64,000 nucleotides of DNA from Candidatus Lindowbacteria bacterium RIFCSPLOWO2_12_FULL_62_27 (GTDB lineage Bacteria; Lindowbacteria; 2-12-FULL-62-27): the NCBI GenBank assembly GCA_001784175.1, contig MFPR01000026.1, forward strand, positions 62,001 to 126,000. Direction: 5' to 3'. The translations under genes were made by a program, and so were the position numbers. Under the pieces are notes generated by a model. That model was not told the DNA's origin and did not search any database. It worked only from the letters and a program-made list of their open reading frames with translations. Positions 1 to 8,888 of the stretch are shown one piece after another. Position 1 is the stretch's first letter. The number at the start of each line of letters is the position of its first letter.

Positions 1-788
1 TGAAAGGCGGCTTCGGGAAGAAAGCGGTTGTAATCCGGCGTCCGAAATCCGCTGAGGACCCGGATGCCCTTGCACTGAAAATGCGGCGACCGGTCGATCA
101 GATCGACCAGCCGTTCGACCTTGTTGATGAGGGAATGGCGAATGACGGCGTACTTGGGAAAGTGGCGCACCTGCGCATCGGACCGGGAACTGGACACGAA
201 ATCCCCTACGCGAAAATTCCGGGAGATGTGCAGGTCCATCATGTCCGGCGTGATTTCGACAAACCGGTCGGGCGCCCGCCGGTCGTCGTCCCGTTCCGGG
301 TACGTGCCCATGACGTATCCGTTGATCCGCCCCCGCACGATCCGGAGTTTCTGGGGAATGATGATCACGAGCGGCAGCGTTTCCGCCGAGCCTCCGCCGT
401 TTCGGCCAAGCCGGCAGCCGACCGAGAGCGGGAAGACGCCACCGGTGTCGGGAAGATCGATGACGTATCCATTCGGCCGGGAGGTCCGCCCGGCCAGCCG
501 GCCGCCCCATTGGGCGAATTCGGCCGAATGGCCGAGCGCCGCCGTCTGGATGTCCGGCGAATCCGTTCCGCCTTCGCGGACGGGCGCCACGATCAAGCGG
601 GATCTGGGCGCGGCGATAATCGCCATGCCCGGCTCTTTTTTCGCCTGGTAGGCGGCCGAGTCATAGGGATCGACCCACTGGCAGAGAACGGCCCACCGGC
701 CGGCATCACGCGCATGGGCCGGGCCGGGCAGGACGCCGGAAGCGAGCAGGACAAACCCCAGCAACAGAAACATGCCCCATTTTTCCAT
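1..788 (-). CDS. Exported peptidase M15 family (D-Ala-D-Ala carboxypeptidase/YcbK-like) protein, 3' end outside the window
   Basis: Not in the ORF track because its stop lies outside the window. Translated by hand from ATG at 788: MEKWGMFLLLGFVLLASGVLPGPAHA (signal peptide) ... ISRNFRVGDF ... IRVLSGFRTPDYN. The SG[FY]R..YN motif is typical of M15 peptidases. Confidence 0.7.
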   Translation of the reverse strand, partial: MEKWGMFLLLGFVLLASGVLPGPAHARDAGRWAVLCQWVDPYDSAAYQAKKEPGMAIIAAPRSRLIVAPVREGGTDSPDIQTAALGHSAEFAQWGGRLAGRTSRPNGYVIDLPDTGGVFPLSVGCRLGRNGGGSAETLPLVIIIPQKLRIVRGRINGYVMGTYPERDDDRRAPDRFVEITPDMMDLHISRNFRVGDFVSSSRSDAQVRHFPKYAVIRHSLINKVERLVDLIDRSPHFQCKGIRVLSGFRTPDYNRFLPEAAF

Positions 789-858
789 ATTCTCGCCGCC
801 GACGGAATGCCGGCCGGCGTTTTTCTTGGCCGCGGCCCTATGATATAACCGACTGCCA

Positions 859-3459
859 ATGAAAGGGTCGGAGATTCGTGAGGCGTTTCTGAAATTTTTC
901 GAAGGCCACGGGCACCGGCGGGTCCCGAGCGCGTCACTCCTGCCGAAGGACAAGACGCTTCTCTTCAACATCGCGGGGATGGTGCCGTTCAAGCCGTATT
1001 TTCTCGGGGAAGTAGCGCCGCCGTACGCGCGCGCCGTCTCGTCCCAGAAATGCATCCGGACGAACGACATCGATCGCGTGGGGACGACGGCGCGGCACCT
1101 GACGTTTTTCGAGATGCTGGGGAATTTTTCGTTCGGCGATTACTTCAAGCGCGAGGCGATCGGCTGGGGCTGGGAATTTTTGACGGCCGTCCTCGGTCTG
1201 CCGAATGACCGGCTGTACGTTTCTGTGTATGAGAAGGACGACGAGGCGCACCGCCTCTGGCGCGAAATCGCCGGCCTTTCGGCCGACCGGATCGTTCGGC
1301 TCGGCAAGGAGCACAACTTCTGGGAAGTCGGTCCCACGGGTCCCTGCGGTCCCTGCTCGGAGATTCTGTACGACCAGGGGCCGTCCTTCAGTTGCGGCCG
1401 GCCGGCCTGCGCGCCGGGCTGCGACTGCGACCGGTACATGGAAGTGTGGAACCTGGTGTTCATGGAATTCAACCAGGCCGGCGGCGAGATGCATCCGCTG
1501 CCGAAGAAGAACATCGACACCGGCATGGGCCTGGAGCGGCTGGCCGCCGTTTTGCAGAACAAGCGGTCGAATTTCGAGACGGACCTGTTGTATCCGATCA
1601 TCGAATCAGCGCGGTCGCTCAGCGCGGCCGGCGTCTCCGGCGCTGACCGCAAATCGGCCGTGGCCCTCAACGTCGTCGCCGATCACATGCGCGCGGCCAC
1701 GTTCCTCCTGTCGGACGGCCTGCGCCCGTCGAACGAAGACCGGGGCTATGTGCTTCGGCGTCTCATCCGGCGCGCCTCCGCGTCGATGCGGAAGTTGGGC
1801 GTGACGGGTCCCGCGCTGAGCCGGCTCGTGCCGGTGGTGGTGGACCTGTTCGGCCAGGCGTATCCGGAACTGGCCCGTGAGCAGGAGTCCGTGACGCGGG
1901 AGCTTCAGGCCGAGGAGGAGCGGTTCGCCAAAACGCTGGACATCGGGATGGAGCGGCTGACGCAGGCGACGGCGGAGTTGCGCCGCGCGAAGCGCGAGAT
2001 TTTGCCCGGCGAAGAGGCGTTTGTCCTGTACGACACCTACGGCTTCCCGCTCGAACTCACCGAGGAGGTTCTGCGGGAGGATGGGATGCGCGTGGATCGT
2101 GCGGGGTTTGACCGCGAGATGGAGGCGCAGAAGGCGCGTGCGCGCGCAGCGTTTCAGGCGGCCCACTCCGGCGCGGAGGCGATCTACATGTCGGTGAAGG
2201 AACCGACGCGATTTGTCGGCTACGAGTCGCTGGAATCCGACGCCGAGGTTTTGCGTCTGGTGCGGGAGGGACAATTTGTCGACGACGCGCGCGAGGGGGA
2301 TGCGGTGGAGATTCTTTTTGACCGGACTCCCTTCTATGCCGAGCGCGGCGGCCAGGTGGGCGACGAGGGTCTGTGCCGGGGCGGCGCGACAGAGGTCCGG
2401 GTGGAGAGTTGCTTCCCCGTTGGACAGGTCAGCGTTCACCGCGCGACCGTCGTGCGCGGCCATATCCGCCCGGGCGACCGGCTCCATCTGGACGTGGACG
2501 CTGCGCGGCGCCAGGCGATCATGAAAAATCACACCGGCACGCATCTTCTGCACGCGGCGCTCCGGCAGATCCTGGGCGACCACGTGCACCAAGCCGGATC
2601 GCTGGTCGCCCCGGACCGGCTGAGGTTCGACTACACGCACGGCGCGGCGCTGGGCGAGCAGTGGCCGGACATCGAGACGCGGGTGAACCGCTGGATTCTG
2701 GGGAACCTCGAGGTCCGAATTCAAGAGATGAGCATGGCCGAAGCCCAGCGGACCGGCGCGATGATGCTGTTTGACGAGAAGTACGGCGACCGCGTGCGCG
2801 TGGTGCAGGTGGGTGGCGGCGAATCCGTGGAACTCTGCGGCGGGACGCACTGCCGGGCGACCGGGGAGATCGGCCTTTTGAAAATCGTGTCTGACGCCGC
2901 GCTGTCCGCCGGCGTTCGCCGGATCGAGGCCGTGACCGGCGAAGGCGCCGTCGCCTACGTGCAGAAACTCGCGCAGGAGGTCCGCGCGGTGGAGCGTGCC
3001 GTCAAGTCGCCGCTGTCGGAGGTGCCGGCGATGATCGAAAAGATGCAGAAGGAGAAGAAGGACCTGGAAAAGAAGCTGAAGGAGGCGCGGCGCGGCGGCG
3101 TGTCGGCGGACGATTTTATTTCCAAACAGGAGCGCGCCGGCGACCAGGCGTTCATCGTCACGGAGGTCCCGGACGCCGACATCGAGACGCTGAGGGCGCT
3201 GGCCGAAACGCTGCGGGACAGGATCAGCGGCCCGGTGTTTCTGGCGTCAGGATCCGACGGCAGCGCGCGGCTGGTCATGGCCGTGCCCAAGCCTCTGGCG
3301 GGCCGGTATCACGCGGGCCAGATCATCAGCCGCGCGGCGTCGTTGGTCGGCGGCAAGGGCGGCGGCCGGCCGGATTTCGCGCAGGCCGGCGGGAAAGACG
3401 TGGAGCGGATCCCGGAGGCGCTCAGCGCCGTGCGGGAGATACTTTTTTCCGTCGCTTGA
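859..3459 (+). CDS. alaS: Alanine--tRNA ligase
   Basis: 866 aa with HLTFFEMLGNFSFGDYFK, IDTGMGLER, editing motifs HTGTHLLH and ELCGGTH, and C-terminal GGKGGGRPDFAQAGG. Confidence 0.99.
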   Translation: MKGSEIREAFLKFFEGHGHRRVPSASLLPKDKTLLFNIAGMVPFKPYFLGEVAPPYARAVSSQKCIRTNDIDRVGTTARHLTFFEMLGNFSFGDYFKREAIGWGWEFLTAVLGLPNDRLYVSVYEKDDEAHRLWREIAGLSADRIVRLGKEHNFWEVGPTGPCGPCSEILYDQGPSFSCGRPACAPGCDCDRYMEVWNLVFMEFNQAGGEMHPLPKKNIDTGMGLERLAAVLQNKRSNFETDLLYPIIESARSLSAAGVSGADRKSAVALNVVADHMRAATFLLSDGLRPSNEDRGYVLRRLIRRASASMRKLGVTGPALSRLVPVVVDLFGQAYPELAREQESVTRELQAEEERFAKTLDIGMERLTQATAELRRAKREILPGEEAFVLYDTYGFPLELTEEVLREDGMRVDRAGFDREMEAQKARARAAFQAAHSGAEAIYMSVKEPTRFVGYESLESDAEVLRLVREGQFVDDAREGDAVEILFDRTPFYAERGGQVGDEGLCRGGATEVRVESCFPVGQVSVHRATVVRGHIRPGDRLHLDVDAARRQAIMKNHTGTHLLHAALRQILGDHVHQAGSLVAPDRLRFDYTHGAALGEQWPDIETRVNRWILGNLEVRIQEMSMAEAQRTGAMMLFDEKYGDRVRVVQVGGGESVELCGGTHCRATGEIGLLKIVSDAALSAGVRRIEAVTGEGAVAYVQKLAQEVRAVERAVKSPLSEVPAMIEKMQKEKKDLEKKLKEARRGGVSADDFISKQERAGDQAFIVTEVPDADIETLRALAETLRDRISGPVFLASGSDGSARLVMAVPKPLAGRYHAGQIISRAASLVGGKGGGRPDFAQAGGKDVERIPEALSAVREILFSVA

Positions 3460-3488
3460 TTGACTAGCGGCCGGCCGCCGGGTAATAT
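3460..3488 (+). promoter_or_regulatory. Sigma70-type promoter of the desaturase-like gene (probably leaderless)
   Basis: TTGACT(3460-3465)-N17-TAATAT(3483-3488). ATG follows 7 nt later with no Shine-Dalgarno (SD) sequence. Confidence 0.6.
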
Positions 3489-3495
3489 TCAACAA

Positions 3496-4350
3496 ATGTC
3501 CATACCGACCGAGCAGATCATTTCGCTGATCCATCGATACCTGAAAACCTCGGACACGAAGGCTTGGAGCCGGTTTGATGATGCATTCGACTGGCCCAAC
3601 CTGTCGAAATCCGAGGAAATTCAGCGCCTGACGGATGTCCAGCTTGCGGCGGTCCGGACCTCGCTCATGATCGAGGACCACATTCCGGGCTACGCCACGG
3701 AGTATTTCCGTCTGTTTCCGGTGGACGACACGGTTCCGAAGGATGCCGCGTGGCGGAACCGGAACATGCTCCATTTTGTTTTTCAATGGTGCGCGGAGGA
3801 GGACCGCCACGCGCACGTGTTCGAGACGTACCTGCGCGCCACTGGCCGGGTGGACCAGGAGGACCTGACGCGGGAGATGATTCACGAAGGCGCGAAGAAA
3901 TACCACGCGCCCTCCGACCATTTCAGTCTCCTCTTCACGTACACGATGCTTCAGGAAAAGGCGACGCAGCTTTATTACCAGATGCTGTACCGCTCGGTGG
4001 AGGAGGCGCCGGTATTGCGGGAGGTTCTGAAGCGCCTGTTTCAGGATGAGGCGCGGCACTGCAGTTATTTTTCGGATCTTGTGCTGCTGGATCTTCGGAG
4101 CCAGGGGGACGAACTGGTCGCGAAGATCAAAACCGCGCTGGACTCCTTCGCGATGCCGATGGCGGACCTCCTGGACAACTACAAGCGCCAGGCGATCACG
4201 ATGATCCGCGCCGCGCGCGGGTACGACCATCGCAGCGCCTTCAGCCAGCTCGACGAGATCATCCGCCGCTACACGGAGTCTTCCGCAAGGTCGGCCGCCT
4301 ACCCGCTCGAGGACTTTTTCACCGCCGTTCCGAATTTCAATCCAAGCTGA
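3496..4350 (+). CDS. Ferritin-like di-iron protein, acyl-ACP desaturase family
   Basis: Paired ExxH motifs WCAEEDRH and DEARH, plus IEDHIPGY and YTMLQEKAT, as in soluble acyl-ACP desaturases. Start moved to the ATG at 3496. Confidence 0.8.
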   Translation: MSIPTEQIISLIHRYLKTSDTKAWSRFDDAFDWPNLSKSEEIQRLTDVQLAAVRTSLMIEDHIPGYATEYFRLFPVDDTVPKDAAWRNRNMLHFVFQWCAEEDRHAHVFETYLRATGRVDQEDLTREMIHEGAKKYHAPSDHFSLLFTYTMLQEKATQLYYQMLYRSVEEAPVLREVLKRLFQDEARHCSYFSDLVLLDLRSQGDELVAKIKTALDSFAMPMADLLDNYKRQAITMIRAARGYDHRSAFSQLDEIIRRYTESSARSAAYPLEDFFTAVPNFNPS

Positions 4351-4353
4351 CCG

Positions 4354-4953
4354 TCACGCCTCGGGCTTGTTGAGCCGGATCAGCCCCAGGGCGACCCGCT
4401 GAGCTTTGCTCATCGCCGTGTCGGCGCTTTCTTCGGCCCTCGACTTTTTGATGACGCTCTTCCATGCGTTGGCCAGTCCCAGCCGGCCTTCGATCCCCTG
4501 TGGCGCCGCGCGCGCCGTTTCTCCCAGTTGCTTGTCCAGCGCCGGGATGGCCAGCCGGCCGCGGCCGTCGTATTCGAGCCTGCGGGTGAGCCGGACGAGA
4601 CTTTTCGTGAACCCGAGGAGCTGTTCCGGCGACGCAGGATTGCCGGAGGAATCGGCGCTGAGGGAATAGTATTTGATGAGCCGTTTCAGAAGTTCCGTTT
4701 CCGCCTCTCCCTCGACGCGCCCGAGCACAAAGATTCGCATGAGATACGCCCGCTTTTTCTCCTCCTTGCGCCTGGCCCGGACCGACTGCCGGTATCGGAT
4801 GAAGAGGCTGTTGAACCAGCCGAAGTAGACGATGAGGACCACGGCGATAAAAATGAGGATGTACGTGAACTCGGAGTGCCACGTCAGCGTCTTCTCGCCA
4901 TAGAAGGCTTCCTTGAAACCGTGGCCCAGGTCGCTTACGGAATTATCAGCCAT
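4354..4953 (-). CDS. Hypothetical single-pass membrane protein
   Basis: ATG at 4953 preceded by GAGGTG. One hydrophobic segment (FTYILIFIAVVLIVYFGWF) followed by a basic cytoplasmic stretch. Confidence 0.65.
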   Translation of the reverse strand: MADNSVSDLGHGFKEAFYGEKTLTWHSEFTYILIFIAVVLIVYFGWFNSLFIRYRQSVRARRKEEKKRAYLMRIFVLGRVEGEAETELLKRLIKYYSLSADSSGNPASPEQLLGFTKSLVRLTRRLEYDGRGRLAIPALDKQLGETARAAPQGIEGRLGLANAWKSVIKKSRAEESADTAMSKAQRVALGLIRLNKPEA

Positions 4954-5040
4954 CGCGATCACCTCGCTATGGGAAATTATATGGGAAGCGGGATGGCGAG
5001 TCAAATGGCGAGGCGTGATTTGAAGCCGGTGAAAACCGGT

Positions 5041-5078
5041 AACCCCCCTCTGTCCCCCCTTTGCAAGGGGGGATGAAA
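5041..5078. repeat. REP-like palindromic element, copy 1
   Basis: AACCCCCCTCTGTCCCCCCTTTGCAAGGGGGGATGAAA with a C6TT/AAG6 hairpin. Matches the reverse complement of 53272-53309 at 36 of 38 positions. Confidence 0.8.
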
Positions 5079-5081
5079 TGC

Positions 5082-5110
5082 TTGACAAGCGGGGTTTGGC
5101 CCGATAGGAT
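5082..5110 (+). promoter_or_regulatory. Sigma70-type promoter (probably leaderless transcript)
   Basis: TTGACA(5082-5087)-N17-TAGGAT(5105-5110). ATG at 5119, no SD. Confidence 0.6.
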
Positions 5111-5118
5111 CAACCGAT

Positions 5119-6621
5119 ATGCAAGCCCGTGTGATCGGCGGAATCGCAAAGTTTGCCGTGTTCGCGGTGGGAGGGATGCTGCTCATGGCCTTCCCCCAAA
5201 CGTCCCATGCGGACACCGTCGGTCTTATTCAGCCGGCGCACCGGCATGATACACGAACCGCCACGGTCGTTTTCACTTGGGGATGCAGCGGCGTACTCTC
5301 CACCACCTGCACCGCCGACACGTTCTTGCTTCGGATATGCCGCGACAGCACCTCTCTGAACGGGTGCACGAATGTCCTGTACGATTCGAAAACTACCGTC
5401 ACCAGCGGCACAGTGCCGTTGCCGTTCGAGGACACGTTTTACTGGACCGTCATTCCGATTGATACCAAGACGAACACCCCACACGACACGCCGGCCTATC
5501 GCGCGATATTTCTGGACACCCACACCGAAACGCCCAGCCTGACGTCGCCGACCAGCGGGTCGACGACGAGTGACTCAACGCCCACCTTGGCATGGTCGGC
5601 GCCGTCGGACAGTTCGGGGATCGATACGTTTGCTTGGGAGTTGACCACCTCGGCGTTCACGTCCCTGGCTGCGTGGGACACGCTGGACGGGTCCGTCACC
5701 GAGTCGATCGTGTATGCGGGAACCGGTCTTGTGAACGCGACGTATTACTGGCGGGTCCGGGCGATCGACTACCGCGGGAACGGGGGGCCGTTTTCGGATT
5801 CGAAGAGTTTCACGGTGAATTATTCCGCGGTCAGCACGGAGACGAAATCCTACGCCAGTGACTCCACGCCGGATGTCACTCTGCCGAACAGCTCGAACAG
5901 CGGAACCGACAAGAAACCGGTTCTGATCCGGGCCGACACCAGCGTGACGAGCCTCTCGGCCACCAGTTACAGCACGGCATGCACCTTCACGATTTCCGGC
6001 CGGACCGACACGTTTGGACTTTATGTATTGACCAACCAGGGCACAACGGTGATTTTGATCCGCGCGCCGGCCGACTCGGAGGTTACGCTGAACGAGACCA
6101 CGGCCTCGGTGGGATTCTCGGTGAACGATACGGGCTTGAAGGCCTTCAAAGCGACACTGATCGATCTATCCTTCGGAAACAAGGACGCGCCGGCGACGGC
6201 CCTGACGGACCTGTCTTCCGGGACCCAGACCTACAGCTATTTTGTGGAATGGCGGTTGTCGAAGGATTCGTGGAATCTGGTTGTGGCGGCCGCGGGCGGC
6301 GACACGAATGCGCTGGCGGTCTGGTCGGCGACGTCGGTGAACAGCACGTCCTATTCAAGCGTGGCGAGTCTCGCCGTGGACACAGTGACCTCGAACAACG
6401 TTGTGGTTCGATCGACGAGCGCGCTGACGACGGCGTCGATCAAGGTGATCGGCGCCGCCGGCAGCGGCAGTTCGAGCGGGGTCAAGCTCCCGTCGGCGTG
6501 CGTGATCGGCCGGTGGATGCCGGTCCGGGCGCAGGATTGGGCGAGGGCGTTTCGAGACGCGGCGTTGAGATCATCTGCCGGCCGCGTCGTGTTCGAGCGG
6601 TACTACCGTTTCGTCGACTGA
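5119..6621 (+). CDS. Exported Ser/Thr-rich surface protein with fibronectin type III-like modules and a CFI-box-CTERM-like tail
   Basis: Signal peptide ending in SHA. FN3-like segments (TPTLAWSAPSDSSGI ... TYYWRVRAIDYRGN). C-terminus SACVIGR...RAFRDAALRSSAGRVVFERYYRF. Confidence 0.7.
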   Translation: MQARVIGGIAKFAVFAVGGMLLMAFPQTSHADTVGLIQPAHRHDTRTATVVFTWGCSGVLSTTCTADTFLLRICRDSTSLNGCTNVLYDSKTTVTSGTVPLPFEDTFYWTVIPIDTKTNTPHDTPAYRAIFLDTHTETPSLTSPTSGSTTSDSTPTLAWSAPSDSSGIDTFAWELTTSAFTSLAAWDTLDGSVTESIVYAGTGLVNATYYWRVRAIDYRGNGGPFSDSKSFTVNYSAVSTETKSYASDSTPDVTLPNSSNSGTDKKPVLIRADTSVTSLSATSYSTACTFTISGRTDTFGLYVLTNQGTTVILIRAPADSEVTLNETTASVGFSVNDTGLKAFKATLIDLSFGNKDAPATALTDLSSGTQTYSYFVEWRLSKDSWNLVVAAAGGDTNALAVWSATSVNSTSYSSVASLAVDTVTSNNVVVRSTSALTTASIKVIGAAGSGSSSGVKLPSACVIGRWMPVRAQDWARAFRDAALRSSAGRVVFERYYRFVD

Positions 6622-6628
6622 TCTGCCA

Positions 6629-6668
6629 CCCTCACCCCAACCCTCTCCCGCCAGGGCGGGAGAGGGGG
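6629..6668. repeat. BoxC/REP-like GC hairpin between convergent genes, possibly acting as a terminator
   Basis: CCCTCACCCCAACCCTCTCCCGCC-AG-GGCGGGAGAGGG. Perfect inverted arms at 6641-6652 and 6655-6666. Confidence 0.7.
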
Positions 6669-6677
6669 TGACTCTGA

Positions 6678-7088
6678 TTACTTGACCTCCAAATAAGGCT
6701 TCAGCTTCTCAAACTTTTTCTCGCCAATCCCCTTGATCTTGCGGATGCCCTCGATGTCCTTGAAGGGCCCGTTGGCTTCGCGGTAGTCGATGATTTCCTG
6801 AGCTTTTTTCTCGCCGATGCCCGGGAGTTGGGTCAGCTCCTCGACCGACGCCGTATTGATGTTGATCTTGCCCTCCGGCGCCTCCTTCTTCGACGAGTGG
6901 CGGCCCTTCTTGCCGCCTTTTTCCGATTCCTCGCCGGTGGGTTCGGCCGTTTCCTCCGGGGTGCTTTCCGGCGCGGCGGAGACTTCGGCCGATTCCGTCA
7001 TCGGCGCCATCTCCTCCGTTTTCTTGCCGCATCCCCACAGAAGCAGTACCCCAACGAGGCCAAAGGACAGAAATGAAAATCGATGCAT
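6678..7088 (-). CDS. comEA: ComEA-family DNA-binding lipoprotein with one HhH module
   Basis: ATG at 7088 after GAAAGGAG. Lipobox LLWGC. Canonical module [36 protein letters not shown]...[13 protein letters not shown]. Confidence 0.9.
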   Translation of the reverse strand: MHRFSFLSFGLVGVLLLWGCGKKTEEMAPMTESAEVSAAPESTPEETAEPTGEESEKGGKKGRHSSKKEAPEGKININTASVEELTQLPGIGEKKAQEIIDYREANGPFKDIEGIRKIKGIGEKKFEKLKPYLEVK

Positions 7089-7113
7089 GATCCGGCTCCT
7101 TTCTGTTGTCCGT

Positions 7114-8157
7114 TTACAATCTCGACGGCTCCACACGATAGCTTTTTCCGTCCGAAAACACAAAGATGGTTCCCTGTTCGTCCGTGCGGTATATCTTGGC
7201 GCCGATTTTCTCGAGCCTCTCGAGCGGCGCGGCGTGGGGGTGGCCGAAGGTATTGTAGGAACCGACCGAGATGACGGCGGCCTCAGGCCGGACCTGGTTC
7301 AGAAAGACCGGCGTGGACGACGTCTTGCTGCCGTGATGCCCGACTTTCAGGATGTCCGACTTGAGGGTTTGCCCCCAGCGGAGCGCGCAGGTTTTCTCCG
7401 CGTCTTTTTCGGCGTCGCCGGTAAATAGAAAGGAAACGCGGCCGTAGATGAGCTTGAGCACGATCGACGAGTTGTTGGCGTCCTCGGCGTTCGGATCGCC
7501 GCAGAGGACGTAGGCGGAAATTTCTGGCCCGAGATCGAGTTTGTGCGGGAGCTGGCCGGGTTGCGGCGCGAAGACGGGGATTTTGCGGCGTTCGGCGGTT
7601 TTGAGGAGTTTTTTGTTGGACACGGTGGAGTAGATGAACCCGGAAATCCAGAGCTGGCCGACGGTGATGTGGCGGTCACCGATGACTTCGTACATGGAAC
7701 CCATGTGGTCGCTGTGGGGATGCGAGGCCATCACAATGTCGAGGTGGCGGACGCCGATCTGCTGGAGAAAGGGGAGGATGATCCGGGACCCGGCGTCGAT
7801 CATTTTGAGGTACCGGCTGTCCGGCGTTTTGCCTTCGCCGCTGTCGATCAGGACGTTTTTGCCGTTGGGCGTCTGAATGAAAATGCCGTCCCCCTGGCCG
7901 ACATCGAAGTAGACAACGGCGAGTTCCCCGGGGCGTTTCCATGTGCCGACGCGCGTCGCGGACGGCATGCCGGCGGTGTGGCCGGCCGGCGCCGGTCCGG
8001 CCACGGACGGGAAATAGACGGGGATCGCGTGCATCCAAGCCGCCACCGCCAGGACCAGGAGCACACCCGCCGCCGCCCAGCCGGGCCATGTGACCGGCCG
8101 GTCTTCGGAGGTCGCCCGCCGGTATTTCGAGAACTTGTCTTCGGCCGGCCCACTCAT
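7114..8157 (-). CDS. Stand-alone ComEC/Rec2-type metallo-beta-lactamase-fold hydrolase (putative nuclease) with an N-terminal membrane anchor
   Basis: [36 protein letters not shown] and IYRTDEQG: a complete ComEC-MBL motif set. Confidence 0.9.
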   Translation of the reverse strand: MSGPAEDKFSKYRRATSEDRPVTWPGWAAAGVLLVLAVAAWMHAIPVYFPSVAGPAPAGHTAGMPSATRVGTWKRPGELAVVYFDVGQGDGIFIQTPNGKNVLIDSGEGKTPDSRYLKMIDAGSRIILPFLQQIGVRHLDIVMASHPHSDHMGSMYEVIGDRHITVGQLWISGFIYSTVSNKKLLKTAERRKIPVFAPQPGQLPHKLDLGPEISAYVLCGDPNAEDANNSSIVLKLIYGRVSFLFTGDAEKDAEKTCALRWGQTLKSDILKVGHHGSKTSSTPVFLNQVRPEAAVISVGSYNTFGHPHAAPLERLEKIGAKIYRTDEQGTIFVFSDGKSYRVEPSRL

Positions 8158-8888
8158 TCGTCGACGGTGATGAGGTCTTTGATCTTGTCGAATGTGCCCT
8201 GCCGGATTCCCTTGACCTGCATGATCTCCTCGATCGTTGCGAAGTCGCCGTGTTCAGTGCGGTATTCCACGATCCGTTCCGCCGTGGTCTTGCCGATGCT
8301 TGGCAGCGCATCCAGTTCCTTGACCGACGCCCTGTTGATGTTGATCGGCCCGTCGGTGGAGGAGGCGCCCGGGCCGCGCGGCTTGGACGATTTCTTCGCC
8401 GGCGCCGGATCGTCGCCCGACTCGCCCGGCTCGCGGAACGTGCAGTTGGTGATGTCGATGCGTACAAGGTCCTTGACGGCGTCGAATTTCGATGCGCCGC
8501 CGAATCCCTTCACGCTCTGGATGTCCTCGATCGTGCGGAAACACCCGAGCGCGTCGCGGGTCTTGATGATGTTCTTCGCCGTGCCTTCGCCGACGCCGGG
8601 CAGATGGGCGTCGATGAGTTCCTGGGCCGTGGCGTGATTGATGTCGAGTTTGAGGACCTCCTTGAGCGTCTGCTGTTCGTCCCCGCTGAGTACCTGGGGC
8701 GTCCAGTCGGACGACTGGATCGGCACGGCGTCTCCGCGAGCCTCGACCGGCCGGCCGGGATCGCCGGCGGAGGGAGACGCGGGGGCGGATCCGGCGCCGC
8801 CCATGAAAAAAGAGGGCACGGCGGCCAGCAGCGCGACGCCCAGCGCCCCGAGGACCCATTTTTGTTCCGAGGTGACCGTTACTTTCAT
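8154..8888 (-). CDS. comEA: ComEA-family protein with an N-terminal membrane anchor and two HhH modules
   Basis: LDINHATAQEL...LPGVGEGTAKNII and PININRASVKELDALPSIGKTTAERIVEYR...VKGI. Confidence 0.85.
   Translation of the reverse strand: MKVTVTSEQKWVLGALGVALLAAVPSFFMGGAGSAPASPSAGDPGRPVEARGDAVPIQSSDWTPQVLSGDEQQTLKEVLKLDINHATAQELIDAHLPGVGEGTAKNIIKTRDALGCFRTIEDIQSVKGFGGASKFDAVKDLVRIDITNCTFREPGESGDDPAPAKKSSKPRGPGASSTDGPININRASVKELDALPSIGKTTAERIVEYRTEHGDFATIEEIMQVKGIRQGTFDKIKDLITVDE

Noticed and set aside
81-848. Plus-strand ORFs 81-848 and 121-651
   Set aside because: The minus-strand frame from 788 has a signal peptide and an M15 peptidase motif, so these are its shadows.
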